A stretch of DNA of 64,000 nt, from contig CALFCE010000205.1 in NCBI GenBank assembly GCA_937951215.1, positions 51 to 64,050 of the forward strand, in the 5' to 3' direction. This DNA is from an uncultured Granulosicoccaceae bacterium (GTDB taxonomy: Bacteria; Pseudomonadota; Gammaproteobacteria; Granulosicoccales; Granulosicoccaceae). The position numbers and the translations under genes are program-made. A model generated the notes under the pieces. The model did no database searches, was not told where the DNA came from, and was given only the letters and a program-made list of their open reading frames with translations. This document shows, piece by piece, positions 15,267 through 25,367 of this stretch (position 1 is the first letter of the stretch; every line of letters begins with the position of its first letter).

Positions 15267-15661
15267 GAACCCTGCTCCGTTTGCGTCGGGTATTGGTGCA
15301 AAGTGACTGCAAGATGACTGGCAGTATGCAATTCACCACATTGTCACCACCGCTATCCGTTCGACGCAGTAACTGCTTCGCTCAGGTTGTGGTCGTGGGT
15401 GATAGTGGCCGCTTTAAAAAGCCGACTTTATGGTTTCGCATTGTAATCTATTATGCGCGCGGATACTAAGACTCAAGACCTGCGTTTTGCAATGTTAAAC
15501 GATGAAGTACCGGCAAGGTCCGATCACAGGTTGATCACGTGACCACAATTGTGTCGTCGCGCGTTGACAACAAGTGAGAGATGAAGAGCAAGCTGCGTGA
15601 TTGTGCACGATGGCTGCAGCCGAGTGGCAGGTTACAACACCTGCCGAAATGAAAAGTATCG

Positions 15662-18010
15662 CTATAGAGCGACTGTCGCGTCGAACTGATTATCTGATTC
15701 CTGATTCCCTCCGAGACAGACGTCCGGAAAGGTAGTCGCACTCATCGGCTCACACAGGAAATAGCCCTGGGCTCGGTGGCACCCCAGTGCCTTCACCATC
15801 TCAAACTGCTGGCGGGTCTCGATCCCTTCGGCCACAACCTCGGCTCCTATCGACGCGGCAACAGCGACCGTGGCTTTAATGATCTGCCGACTTTGCTCGC
15901 AGGTACTCAAATCGCTGACAAAGGTCCGGTCAATTTTGACTTCATCGATGGGAAAATCCCTCAGCTCCAGAAAAGACGAATACCCGACACCAAAGTCATC
16001 AATGGAAAGGCTGACACCCAAGTCATGTAGCGACCCCAGTAATTTCGCCGCGCGGTCGCGATCATCGAGTATGGCGGTTTCGGTAATCTCCAGCGTAATC
16101 AGCGAAGGATCGATATCACTGGACTCTATGATCCGTTTGATGTTGCCTATCAATTCGTCATTGTCGAACTGACGACGGGAAATATTAATGGACAAGGTAG
16201 CTGGTGACATGCCGAATCTGGCGAGGTTCTTGTAATCCGCGATAGACTGCACCAGCACCCACTCGCCAATCTCGACGATCAGGTCAGATCGCTCGGCACG
16301 CGGAATGAATTCAGCCGGAGAGACGCTACCGAGTGACTGACTGTCCCAGCGCAGTAATGCCTCCATGCCACAAGTCAGGTTGGTTTTGATATCAATCTGG
16401 GGCTGATACTGCAGCTGGAACTCGTTGTTGGCCAATGCCTTACCGAGGCCAATGTCGAGCTGATGCCCCCTGTCAGCGACTTGTTGCCAGCGCCTGCTAT
16501 AACTCGCGATCGAATTTTTCCCGACTGATTTTGCTCGGGCACAGGCACTGTCAGCAGCACTTTTCAGCTCCCCGACCGTCGTCCCGTCCTGCGGGGAATA
16601 GGAAATCCCCATACTCGCTCGAATCGGCAAGGTTCGGGCACCGACTGCAAGCCCGGCTCCCATTGCCTCCAGAAAATCCTGCGCTCGACGTTCCAGTTGC
16701 TGGTGATCATCTGCCTCGTCCACCAGCACTGCAAATTCATCACCGGCCAGTCTGGCAACAATCGCCTGTTCCGGCATTGCGGCTTGCAAGCGTTGGCCGG
16801 TTTCCACCAGCAGGCGATCTCCAAATTGTTGACCATAAGAATCGTTTACCTGTCGGAAGTCCCGGAGGTCACAGATCATCAGTGCAAACTTTGCGTTGGG
16901 CTTTCTGACCAAATCTCGCAGGTGCGACATAAACAGAGCTCGATTGGGCAAGCCTGTGAGCAAATCATAGTCATTGGCGTACACCAGCTGCTGCTGAGTC
17001 AAACGCTGTTCACTGACATCTCTGACAGTGGCTGCAACCACGCCGTTTTCTACCGGGCGCTCTCTGATCAGCAACTGGCGATTGGATCGGTCCGGCAACT
17101 CGATCGAGGAAGTTCTGTCACCCGGCAAATTGGCAAGCCAATTATCCAGTTTATGCAATACCTGGGTGCTGTCATCACACAGCTGGGTGTAGAGAGTGCG
17201 GGCTGTCGCCCCGGACACCGGTAGCTGTTGATCTTGCGGCAGCAGCTTTTCCAGCCGCTTGTTATGCGCTGAGACGCGACGCTGCTTGTCAAAGACTGCA
17301 AAGCCGTCTGTAACACCCTCTATCAGCTGATCGGAAGGCTTTTCATTTGCATTTCGGGCTTTGCGACGACTGAGAGCCACCATCAGAACAGAGAGCATTG
17401 CCAGACTCAGCAGAATAACCAACATCGACACCGCAGCTTGCGACGTCCACAACGAGGAAATCGCAAGTGAAGACCCGGTTAACAACGCTGTTAATGTGGC
17501 AACTGCCGGCAGTTGCAAGACCTCAGACCAAACCGTGGCTGCCCGGCTGGTCGCGGTTTGAAATAACGATGTCTGATTAGATGCTGTTTGATCGGGCGCT
17601 GTTTGGTCCCGGACTATTTGATTGGGGACTATTTGATTGGGGCCAGACTGACTCAGCAATGCCAGCTCGTACTCGAGATCGACCAGACGCAAACGACTAT
17701 CAAGACCCAATTCTGCCGTGGACGAAACGTCAGGAGATGCTGGTGGGTTGGACGAGAACAGACCCGCTGCTTGCTGGCCTTTAAACAGCGTTGACAGCGA
17801 TTGCGGCAAAAGCTGCGGGAAGTTCAAGTGAGCGACCAAAAGCAAAAGTGGAGTCAACAGAAGCAAACCCAACAGGGTGGGCAGCAGGCTGCTCCCCTTT
17901 TTGTTGCTGGCTGCGGGTTCGCTGTTATTTTCCCCATCAGCGTAACCGGGCTCGAGAGTGCTCATAGCGTGTTTCTGACTTTGACTGTCTTGCTGGTAGG
18001 CTCGCACCAA
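15662..18010 (-). CDS. membrane-bound PAS/GGDEF/EAL c-di-GMP signalling protein
   Basis: TM segments, a degenerate GGDEF (RLAGDEFAVLV), and EAL-domain motifs EALLRW, DDFGVGYSS and KIDRTFV. It probably acts mainly as a phosphodiesterase. Confidence 0.9.
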   Translation of the reverse strand: MVRAYQQDSQSQKHAMSTLEPGYADGENNSEPAASNKKGSSLLPTLLGLLLLTPLLLLVAHLNFPQLLPQSLSTLFKGQQAAGLFSSNPPASPDVSSTAELGLDSRLRLVDLEYELALLSQSGPNQIVPNQIVRDQTAPDQTASNQTSLFQTATSRAATVWSEVLQLPAVATLTALLTGSSLAISSLWTSQAAVSMLVILLSLAMLSVLMVALSRRKARNANEKPSDQLIEGVTDGFAVFDKQRRVSAHNKRLEKLLPQDQQLPVSGATARTLYTQLCDDSTQVLHKLDNWLANLPGDRTSSIELPDRSNRQLLIRERPVENGVVAATVRDVSEQRLTQQQLVYANDYDLLTGLPNRALFMSHLRDLVRKPNAKFALMICDLRDFRQVNDSYGQQFGDRLLVETGQRLQAAMPEQAIVARLAGDEFAVLVDEADDHQQLERRAQDFLEAMGAGLAVGARTLPIRASMGISYSPQDGTTVGELKSAADSACARAKSVGKNSIASYSRRWQQVADRGHQLDIGLGKALANNEFQLQYQPQIDIKTNLTCGMEALLRWDSQSLGSVSPAEFIPRAERSDLIVEIGEWVLVQSIADYKNLARFGMSPATLSINISRRQFDNDELIGNIKRIIESSDIDPSLITLEITETAILDDRDRAAKLLGSLHDLGVSLSIDDFGVGYSSFLELRDFPIDEVKIDRTFVSDLSTCEQSRQIIKATVAVAASIGAEVVAEGIETRQQFEMVKALGCHRAQGYFLCEPMSATTFPDVCLGGNQESDNQFDATVAL
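17611..17640 (-). repeat. in-frame 15-bp x2 tandem duplication in the GGDEF/EAL gene
   Basis: GGACTATTTGATTGG occurs twice and encodes PNQIVPNQIV. Degenerate further copies flank it (RDQTAPDQTASNQTS). Confidence 0.9.
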
Positions 18011-18114
18011 TGCGAGAACTCGTTTTCTTTATGAAAAATAGCAGAACATTGAGCTAAGTGCACAATCTTTAAAGTAAAAGTTACACTTCTAACTCCACTG
18101 AGTCAATTTTGTTG

Positions 18115-18165
18115 CCCAGAGGAATTTATTACCCAGAGGAATTTACTGCCCAAAGGAATTTATTG
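18115..18165 (-). repeat. 17-bp x3 tandem repeat containing the slt stop codon
   Basis: CCCAGAGGAATTTATTA, CCCAGAGGAATTTACTG, CCCAAAGGAATTTATTG. The minus-strand TAA triplets are 17 nt apart, and the first (18160-18162) ends slt. Confidence 0.92.
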
Positions 18166-20310
18166 TGAAGAGGAACCACTCGCATCGGCCTCGACTTCTA
18201 CTGCGTCTATCTGATCACCAATGCGGGCAAGGATACGCGTCATTCCATTTTGCAAGCGCCATTCGAATATGACCCCGTAGGCAAGTACCGCCCTGACGTA
18301 TCGCCGCGTTTCAGTGAACGGAATCGTATCGATCCAGACATCTGCCGGCATCGGTTCAAGTTGTGGCAACCAGGAACGGGTGCGATGAGGGCCTGCGTTA
18401 TAGGAAGACGCTGCCAGTGCAGGGTGGTCGGAAAACTGATCCATCACGTGACGCAGATAAAAGCTGCCGAACTCGATACTGATACCAGGATCAGTCAGTT
18501 CATAGGGCTGTTTACCTCGCCCCATGAGCCCCGACACATATTTTGCGGTTTTGGGCATAAGCTGCATCAGGCCAACCGCTCCGGCTGACGATCGGATATC
18601 TTCGATAAACGCGCTTTCACGGCGAATCACGCCATAGATTAAAGTAGGCTCAAGAGAATACTTGTCAGCCGCCTCCATCACCCTCTGTTCAAAGACGATC
18701 GGAAAGCGCATCGCCAATGCCGCTTTTTCTTTTGCTGCATTGGCGCTGGCGATGGCCCGGTCGGGTAAATTCCAGCGCGTAGCCAATAACGCTGATGCGG
18801 CTTTGTCTGCCTGATCCAGTTCTTCAATTGCTGCCGACCATTCACGCCGACCTTCCGGCAGAAGTCCAGTCAACAAATACTCCCGGGCCCGGATCAGACC
18901 CTCATTCTGAGCCAGACGAGCGAGCGTAGACTTCTCGGCTGCAATGCCACTGTCCACAATGCGATAGTTCAAACCCAATCGATCCGCTGCCAGAAACCCA
19001 TGGTAGGTCGGTAACAAGGCTATTTCCTGATAGATTTGTTCAGCTTTGTCGGTATTGCCCAACTCGGCCTCGGCACGAGCCTCCCAATAAGCCCAATGAT
19101 CTTCCTTCTGCTCGGCAAGCGGAAGTTCTGCAAGGCTTTTAAGTACCTTTTGCCAATCCTGCTCACGCAAGGCAGTGCGCACGCGCCACTCCCTGACTTC
19201 AAGGTCCTCATCTCTGACCTCAAAGGAATAGAGCCATTCGTGGGCATCGGGCAGCACACGCCAGCCACCGCGCAAGGCCAACTCTCTTGCCACCTCATAA
19301 CGCTCATCATCAAAGAACGAATACTTCCCGTGTTTCTGTAGCCAATAACCGTGAGCGGCTTCAGGATCAAGCCATGACCAGCGGATGACCAGATCCAGCA
19401 AAATGCGGCGATTCAGCAGATCATCTTTGGCGACAGCATCGCTCTGCAAAAAAGCCGAGGGTTCGGCCCTGGCCCCCACCCAATCGAGGACACGTTTTCT
19501 GTCCGCCGAAGACAGCCAGGTGGCCATCTCGCGAGCAACATCCAGCTTGCCCTTGTCGATACTGGTGTAAATGCGCTCCCAAATTGCCGCTATCGGAGGT
19601 GATTTCTGTTCTCGCAGTTGCTCAAACAGTGCTGCGCACAGTTCTGGCAGCACCGGGGTACGCTGCCAGTAAGACAACAGCGAGTCGTCCCACTGACTGA
19701 TCTTGCCATCAACCACTGAGCGCGCTTGTGCCAGGGCGCAGGGTTGTTTTGCTGCCAGATCACTCGCTGACACATCAAGATAAATCGGCCAACTCTCTTC
19801 CTCGATCAAACGTTTTTGTAAAAAACGGGTCAGATTGCGACTTAGCGCCTTGTCATTGTGGGTCTGCTCAAACAGGCCCAACAACTTGACGACGCTTTGA
19901 TCAGGAATTTGATCAATCAAGGCGCGGATACGTCGATAATCCAGATATCGAATCAACGGATAACCTGACCCATTGAGGCGCTCATACATTTGATCAAAGG
20001 CGGTGCGGTCGTCGCCGTCCAAGGCCAGCAGCGCAAGCTTGAACAATTCACGTTGCTGCAACAAACTCAAATCGGCTTGGCTCAACAAGTCCTGTCCTGC
20101 CTGACCGGGGTATCGTTGATCCGGGTATCGTTGATCTGGGGCTGACTGAACAACATCGGCCTCGGCAGGTTCGTCATCGACTGGTGGATTGTCCAGCGCC
20201 AACAACACTGGCGCGGTGAGGAGTAGCAAAGTACAAAGTAGAGGTCGAAGCAGGCCGCGGCCAACTGTCACAGTGGCCGGACCACGATAGGGATTGGTAC
20301 TAACATTCAT
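18160..20310 (-). CDS. slt: soluble lytic murein transglycosylase (Slt70-like)
   Basis: Superhelical U-domain, then a C-terminal goose-lysozyme-type domain (IRRESAFIEDIRSSAGAVGLMQLMP...AASSYNAGP). I take the ATG at 20310 before the signal peptide LLCTLLLLTAPVLLA. The ORF opens at 20403. Confidence 0.9.
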   Translation of the reverse strand: MNVSTNPYRGPATVTVGRGLLRPLLCTLLLLTAPVLLALDNPPVDDEPAEADVVQSAPDQRYPDQRYPGQAGQDLLSQADLSLLQQRELFKLALLALDGDDRTAFDQMYERLNGSGYPLIRYLDYRRIRALIDQIPDQSVVKLLGLFEQTHNDKALSRNLTRFLQKRLIEEESWPIYLDVSASDLAAKQPCALAQARSVVDGKISQWDDSLLSYWQRTPVLPELCAALFEQLREQKSPPIAAIWERIYTSIDKGKLDVAREMATWLSSADRKRVLDWVGARAEPSAFLQSDAVAKDDLLNRRILLDLVIRWSWLDPEAAHGYWLQKHGKYSFFDDERYEVARELALRGGWRVLPDAHEWLYSFEVRDEDLEVREWRVRTALREQDWQKVLKSLAELPLAEQKEDHWAYWEARAEAELGNTDKAEQIYQEIALLPTYHGFLAADRLGLNYRIVDSGIAAEKSTLARLAQNEGLIRAREYLLTGLLPEGRREWSAAIEELDQADKAASALLATRWNLPDRAIASANAAKEKAALAMRFPIVFEQRVMEAADKYSLEPTLIYGVIRRESAFIEDIRSSAGAVGLMQLMPKTAKYVSGLMGRGKQPYELTDPGISIEFGSFYLRHVMDQFSDHPALAASSYNAGPHRTRSWLPQLEPMPADVWIDTIPFTETRRYVRAVLAYGVIFEWRLQNGMTRILARIGDQIDAVEVEADASGSSSQ
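20109..20138 (-). repeat. in-frame 15-bp x2 tandem duplication in slt
   Basis: GGTATCGTTGATCCG followed by GGTATCGTTGATCTG, encoding DQRYPDQRYP. Confidence 0.9.
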
Positions 20311-20524
20311 TGGAATTGAATAGTGTCTCACACCCGTTGATGGAGGCTGGTGCCGAAGGCAATCTGCACAAACCGCCACTGTATCCTGTTTGGTAGCTGC
20401 CACTGACTCGAATCAGCTTGTCTACTCTGGTTTTTATCTGGATTTATCCTTATACCAAAAAGTGTAGTACAGTCTTTGGCAGATGCCAGTTTTTTTTCGG
20501 CAACTGTTTCCACGATACAAAGCC

Positions 20525-21391
20525 ATGACCACAGTCGCCGATCAATACCTCAATATTTCCGGTTATCAGTTCATTACATTGGAACACTTACCCTTGCTGC
20601 AGGCTGATCTTTCAGTGTTTTTACAGCAACAACAAGTCAAGGGCACGGTGCTGATTGCCGAGGAGGGTATCAACGTGGCACTTTGTGGCAGCCCCAACGC
20701 CATCGAAAATTGCCAGAACTGGTTTCAACAAACCCCACCTTTTGCCGATTTACATTTCAAGTCAAGCTATTCGAGCTTTCTGCCTTTTTCCAAACTGAAA
20801 GTTAAAATCCGGCACGAGATAATCAGTTTCGGGCAAGCCGGGCTCGACCCGGAGCATGACGCAGCTCCTCGCCTGTCTGCTCTGGAGTTGAAAAGCTGGC
20901 TGGATCAAGGACGTCGTTTTACCTTGCTCGATACCCGAAATAACTACGAGATCGAATCGGGAACCTTCAAACAAGCCAGCAACGTCGATATCGATAATTT
21001 CCGCGAATTTGCCGAGGCTGCCGAAAAGTCGGATTCCATCGACAAAGCAGCCCCCATTGTTACCTTCTGTACCGGTGGTGTTCGCTGCGAAAAAGCCGCT
21101 CCCTGGTTGTTGCAGAACGGGTTCGAGAATGTACTGCAACTTGACGGAGGCATTCTCGCCTATTTTGCAGCCTGCGGTGGTGCTCACTGGGAAGGCAACT
21201 GCTTTGTATTTGACGATCGCGTGGAGATTGACTCCAATGCTTTCGAGACCGGAGCGGTTCTCTGCAAAGCATGTCACCGTGCGGTCAGCATCGAGCACCA
21301 GCAGTCTGGCGAATTTGTCGACGGAGAATCCTGCCCGGCTTGTTTTGTCAAGCCAGCTGCCCAACCATCTCCCGAGCCATCTGCAGATTAA
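20525..21391 (+). CDS. trhO: rhodanese-domain protein, UPF0176/TrhO (YceA) family
   Basis: YLNISGYQF start, rhodanese loop FCTGGVRCEKA, and a C-terminal Cys cluster CKACH...CPACF. Confidence 0.85.
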   Translation: MTTVADQYLNISGYQFITLEHLPLLQADLSVFLQQQQVKGTVLIAEEGINVALCGSPNAIENCQNWFQQTPPFADLHFKSSYSSFLPFSKLKVKIRHEIISFGQAGLDPEHDAAPRLSALELKSWLDQGRRFTLLDTRNNYEIESGTFKQASNVDIDNFREFAEAAEKSDSIDKAAPIVTFCTGGVRCEKAAPWLLQNGFENVLQLDGGILAYFAACGGAHWEGNCFVFDDRVEIDSNAFETGAVLCKACHRAVSIEHQQSGEFVDGESCPACFVKPAAQPSPEPSAD

Positions 21392-21397
21392 TTTCTG

Positions 21398-21997
21398 TCA
21401 GGCGTCGCGATAGGCAACAGACACCGTGTAGTTGCTGCCTTGCTTGAGTTTTTTGTAGTTTCCAAAAACTTCGGTGAAGCTGCGCTTGATAAACTGCCTG
21501 AGCCCGTTGATGGTCACCACGTAAAACGCAGCGCCCGGGTTCATACGATCCAGCGCGTCATAGAAATATAGATAAAAGAGCTCTTTGCCGGCCTTTGCCG
21601 GCAGATTGGAGACGACGATGTCAAATCGGCTCTCGATCGACACGGCATCCAGACCATTGCTCAGATACACGTTCACATTATCCAATTTATTAAGCATGGC
21701 GTTTTTTCGAGTGAAATCGACCGCGACAAAGTCCTTGTCCACCAAATGGGTCACTCCACCGGGCGCTTCGGCAGCCATGGTCAGCCCAAGCGGGCCATAA
21801 CCACAACCCAGATCAAGACAATCGTCATCACGATCGATTTTCATCAGTTCGAGCAGCAACAGACTTCCCTCGTCCACAGCTCTGGGAGAAAAGACACCCC
21901 AGGTACTATGGAAGGTCAGCGGGTGCCCTCGCAACGTGGCATCAAAAACAATGTCCTCGCGAAGTTTGGCCAGATCAGCCCGGGAAAATTGTGCCAT
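21398..21997 (-). CDS. class I SAM-dependent methyltransferase (MTS / RsmC-RsmD-like small domain)
   Basis: VFSPRAVDEGSLLLLE, DLGCGYGPLGL, and a variant SNLPAK of the NPPFH substrate motif. Confidence 0.8.
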   Translation of the reverse strand: MAQFSRADLAKLREDIVFDATLRGHPLTFHSTWGVFSPRAVDEGSLLLLELMKIDRDDDCLDLGCGYGPLGLTMAAEAPGGVTHLVDKDFVAVDFTRKNAMLNKLDNVNVYLSNGLDAVSIESRFDIVVSNLPAKAGKELFYLYFYDALDRMNPGAAFYVVTINGLRQFIKRSFTEVFGNYKKLKQGSNYTVSVAYRDA

Positions 21998-22018
21998 TAA
22001 ATTAGCGCTCTTGTGTGA

Positions 22019-22054
22019 GACTCGGAATGCGACTTGGAATGAGACTTAGATTCT
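22019..22054. repeat. 12-bp x3 degenerate tandem repeat upstream of the methyltransferase gene
   Basis: GACTCGGAATGC, GACTTGGAATGA, GACTTAGATTCT. Confidence 0.75.
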
Positions 22055-22368
22055 CATTATGACCTGAAGGAGGTTTCCAGCCAATCCATCACCGGTTCAA
22101 CCTTGAAAATATTGAAAGAATGTAAAAGCCGGACGGCGACGAGAACCCAGCATTGGAAAATGCCACCAACAGCACTGTTTTCGACAGATTAACCCTGTTG
22201 TAGTGTCAGATAAAGCCGATACAGTTGTGTGCCACCGTTAAATTTCCGAGTTTTGATGACACGCCCCAGCCTAAACGTAATATCATTGCCAGCATTTGCT
22301 TTGAACGCACCCTGACAGATAAAAAATATCTGCAGTGCAATCTCTAAAATTCCAAGGAAAAACTACTC

Positions 22369-23040
22369 ATGCGATTCATCTTGCTCGGGGCGCCCGGTGC
22401 TGGAAAAGGCACGCAGGCCAAGTACCTGACCGAACGCTATGCGATACCCCAAATTTCAACTGGAGATATGCTCAGAGCGGCCATTTCGGCCAAAACTCCT
22501 GTGGGTGTCCTGGCCAAGGAAGTGATCGATCGTGGTGAGCTCGTGTCCGACGAAGTCATGATTGGTTTGATTCAGGACCGTATCGCACTGGACGATTGCA
22601 AAGACGGGTATCTGCTGGACGGGTTTCCAAGAACCTTGCCCCAGGCTCATGCTCTCAGGGATATGCAGGTGCGGGTCGATGCGGTAGTGGAAATCGACGT
22701 CGAGCACAGCGAAATAATTCGCCGGATTAGCGGACGACGAGTCCATGAGGAATCTGGCCGCACTTACCATATCGAGAGCAAACCACCCTTGAAGGACGGG
22801 ATCGACGATGCGACCGGGGACCCTCTGGTACAACGCGAGGATGACCGGGAAGAAACTGTCAAACGCCGGCTCGATATTTACGAGAAACAGACATCACCGC
22901 TGAAAGCGTATTATTCGGAGTGGGCTGCATCTGACGATGCCGCTGCACCCGGTTATGTGTATATCAAGGGTGTTGGCAGTGTCGATGATATTCGCGACAA
23001 GATTTTCAGCGAGCTGGACGCACTGAACAAGACATCCTGA
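22369..23040 (+). CDS. adk: adenylate kinase
   Basis: [24 protein letters not shown] and the lid region [12 protein letters not shown]. Confidence 0.96.
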   Translation: MRFILLGAPGAGKGTQAKYLTERYAIPQISTGDMLRAAISAKTPVGVLAKEVIDRGELVSDEVMIGLIQDRIALDDCKDGYLLDGFPRTLPQAHALRDMQVRVDAVVEIDVEHSEIIRRISGRRVHEESGRTYHIESKPPLKDGIDDATGDPLVQREDDREETVKRRLDIYEKQTSPLKAYYSEWAASDDAAAPGYVYIKGVGSVDDIRDKIFSELDALNKTS

Positions 23041-23077
23041 TTGCCTGATTGCCTGATTGCCATATTGCCTGATTGCA
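23038..23077 (+). repeat. 8-bp x5 tandem repeat starting with the adk stop codon
   Basis: TGATTGCC x3, then ATATTGCC, then TGATTGCA. The first TGA is the adk stop. Confidence 0.92.
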
Positions 23078-23118
23078 GGTAGCTCGATCGGCAGGGCTTT
23101 CCACCAAACGGTGAGCCC

Positions 23119-23188
23119 TTCCAATCAACCCCGGTAAATCAACCCCCAGGCAATCAACCCAGGCAAATCAGTCCTGCCAAATCAGCCC
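23119..23188 (-). repeat. degenerate 14/15-bp x5 repeat containing the hydrolase stop codon, with the same TGATT(T)GCC core as the adk array but on the opposite strand
   Basis: The plus-strand AATCA cores have their TCA triplets starting at 23125, 23139, 23154, 23168 and 23182. The reverse complements read TGATTGGA, TGATTTACC, TGATTGCC, TGATTTGCC and TGATTTGGC. The TGA at 23182-23184 is the stop. Confidence 0.8.
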
Positions 23189-24000
23189 TTGCTGGACTTT
23201 GATTCTGGCTCAGGGGCAAATGCACGCAACATGGCCTGCAAGGTAGCTTCCGGCTGTTCAGCCATCATCATATGGCCACATCCTGCCAGAATATCCACCC
23301 GTGCAGAAAGCGCTTCTGCAAGTTCCCCGGCGCCGCGCGGTGGTGTCATCATGTCGCGCTCTCCCAGTAACAAGCTGCAACCAGCCGTCACACGCTGGGC
23401 GGATTGAATGCCGGCTGTGTACTCGTTACAGGCATTCAGTCCCGCATGCATCACACCGGGGCCTGCCATCCCCATCAAGGTCTTGGCTGTCTGCATGATA
23501 TTGATCCCAGCCACCGGATTTCCACCGAGTTGGGAACTGTAAGCATGACCATACACAGACACCATATCGATAGCTGCCGGGTGGTTGTCAAACGCGGCCG
23601 ACAGCAGTGGCTCGCCTACCGCCATCGGATACGCTGTTCCCAGCAATTGCAGACGCTGGTAGCGGTCCGGTGTGGTGGCGGCCGCCTCCAATGCCACCAG
23701 CGACCCCATGCTGTGCCCGGCCAGATGCACAGCAGTGGCGTTCATCTGCTCCAGTAATCGGTCAACCCAGGCACCCATCAGTTCAATAGTGGGCAGAGGT
23801 TTGCCGGCAGAACGCCCATGTCCGGGCAAATCCGGCGCTGCCACATTGTAGCCGTGACGGGCAAAGTACCGGCTGTACAGCATCCACACCGAGTGATCCA
23901 GGGATGCACCATGCACCAGACACATCACCGGCAACCCATCCTGCCAGGTCATGCCACCAGTATTGACGTAAGCTGCTTGACCGTCGATTGAAATGTCCAC
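23182..24000 (-). CDS. alpha/beta-fold hydrolase
   Basis: HG oxyanion motif (LVHGASLDH), nucleophile elbow GHSMG and a C-terminal GCGHMMM. Its start overlaps the metY stop. Confidence 0.85.
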   Translation of the reverse strand: MDISIDGQAAYVNTGGMTWQDGLPVMCLVHGASLDHSVWMLYSRYFARHGYNVAAPDLPGHGRSAGKPLPTIELMGAWVDRLLEQMNATAVHLAGHSMGSLVALEAAATTPDRYQRLQLLGTAYPMAVGEPLLSAAFDNHPAAIDMVSVYGHAYSSQLGGNPVAGINIMQTAKTLMGMAGPGVMHAGLNACNEYTAGIQSAQRVTAGCSLLLGERDMMTPPRGAGELAEALSARVDILAGCGHMMMAEQPEATLQAMLRAFAPEPESKSSKG

Positions 24001-25367
24001 TACGCGACTCCTTTGGCAGCTGCACGCAACGCTGTTTTCAGATCAGCCAGTAAGTCCTGCACGTCTTCTATACCGATGGACAACCGCACCAACCCCTCTG
24101 AAATGCCGGATGCCAGCAAGTCCTCCGGGCCCATTCTCGAATGTGTTGTACTGGCAGGGTGAATCACCAGCGATTTGGCATCACCGACATTGGCCAAGTG
24201 CGAAAACAACTGCAGCGCATCGATAAAACGTCGACCGGCTTCACGCCCTCCCTTGAGCTCGAAACTGAACACGGCTCCACAACCGGCTGGCAACAACTCA
24301 CTGGCCAACTGATGATCAGGATGGGAACTCAAGCGCGGGTGCAACACCCTCTCAACCGCGTCATGCCCGGCAAGAAAATCAACGATAACCTCAGTGTTAC
24401 TGACGTGGCGCTGCATGCGCATCGGCAGCGTCTCCAGCCCTTGCAAAATCTGAAAGGCGTTGGCCGCTGTCATGCTGGCACCAAAATCGCGCAAACCTTC
24501 TTTGCGCGCGCGCAGGATAAACGCAGCCGGCCCGAACTCTTCGACAAAGTCCATTCCGTGGAAACCGGCATAAGGCTCGGTCAGCTCGGTAAATCTACCG
24601 GACCCTTCCCAATCGAAGCGACCCGAATCGATCAATACACCGCCGACTGCCACGCCGTGCCCACCCATAAATTTGGTCAAGGAATGCATCACAATATCTG
24701 CTCCCAATTCCATTGGCTTCATCAGATACGGAGTCGTCAGCGTGGCATCGACCAACAGCGGCAGCCCTGCATCATGTGCGATGCTCGACACCTCGGGAAT
24801 ATTCAGCACTTCCATGCGCGGATTGGACACCGTTTCACCAAACAGCATGCGGGTATTGGGACGGATCGCATCAGCAAATGCCTGCGGATCACAGGGATCC
24901 ACAAAAGTGGTTTCAACACCAAAACGTGGCAGCGTGTAGGACAGTAAATTGTGCGTACCGCCATACAACGATCTCGACGCCACGATGTGACTGCCAGCCG
25001 CGGCCAGGGTTGCAATACCCAGATGGATCGCAGCCATTCCGCTAGCGGTGCAAACAGCACCCACCCCACCTTCCAGCGCTGCAACACGTTCTTCCAGCAC
25101 CCCGACCGTAGGATTTGAAATACGCGAATAAACATGACCGCTGCGGCCCACATCAAAAAGCGATGCAGCATGATCGCTGCTGCGAAACACAAAGGACGTT
25201 GTCTGGTAAATTGGGGTTGCGCGCGCCCCGGTCTCTGCATCAGGTCGCTGACCGGCATGCAGACTAAGGGTATCAAACCCGATCTGTCTCGGGCCTCGAT
25301 GTGTCGTTGACCGACTGGAACTGGTCGAGTCAGCAGTGTTTTTATCGGATGAATCGTCAGCAGACAT
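24000..25367 (-). CDS. metY: O-acetylhomoserine sulfhydrylase (PLP-dependent)
   Basis: Cys/Met-metabolism PLP family with SLTKFMGGHG (PLP Lys) and NPTVGVLEERVAALEGG. It has an S/T/D-rich N-terminal extension of about 25 aa. Confidence 0.9.
   Translation of the reverse strand: MSADDSSDKNTADSTSSSRSTTHRGPRQIGFDTLSLHAGQRPDAETGARATPIYQTTSFVFRSSDHAASLFDVGRSGHVYSRISNPTVGVLEERVAALEGGVGAVCTASGMAAIHLGIATLAAAGSHIVASRSLYGGTHNLLSYTLPRFGVETTFVDPCDPQAFADAIRPNTRMLFGETVSNPRMEVLNIPEVSSIAHDAGLPLLVDATLTTPYLMKPMELGADIVMHSLTKFMGGHGVAVGGVLIDSGRFDWEGSGRFTELTEPYAGFHGMDFVEEFGPAAFILRARKEGLRDFGASMTAANAFQILQGLETLPMRMQRHVSNTEVIVDFLAGHDAVERVLHPRLSSHPDHQLASELLPAGCGAVFSFELKGGREAGRRFIDALQLFSHLANVGDAKSLVIHPASTTHSRMGPEDLLASGISEGLVRLSIGIEDVQDLLADLKTALRAAAKGVA

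Noticed and set aside
20476-20500. TGGCA-GA-TGCCA followed by T8, resembling a terminator upstream of trhO
   Set aside because: The stem is only 5 bp with a 2-nt loop, which is too weak to call. No plus-strand gene ends upstream of it.
24141-24947. 268-aa plus-strand ORF. Similar long antisense ORFs occur at 50622-51359 (opposite htpG), 20762-21364 (opposite trhO) and 35085-35609 (opposite ilvA).
   Set aside because: All lie wholly inside strongly supported genes on the other strand and have Arg/Gln/His-biased, motif-free translations typical of antisense frames.
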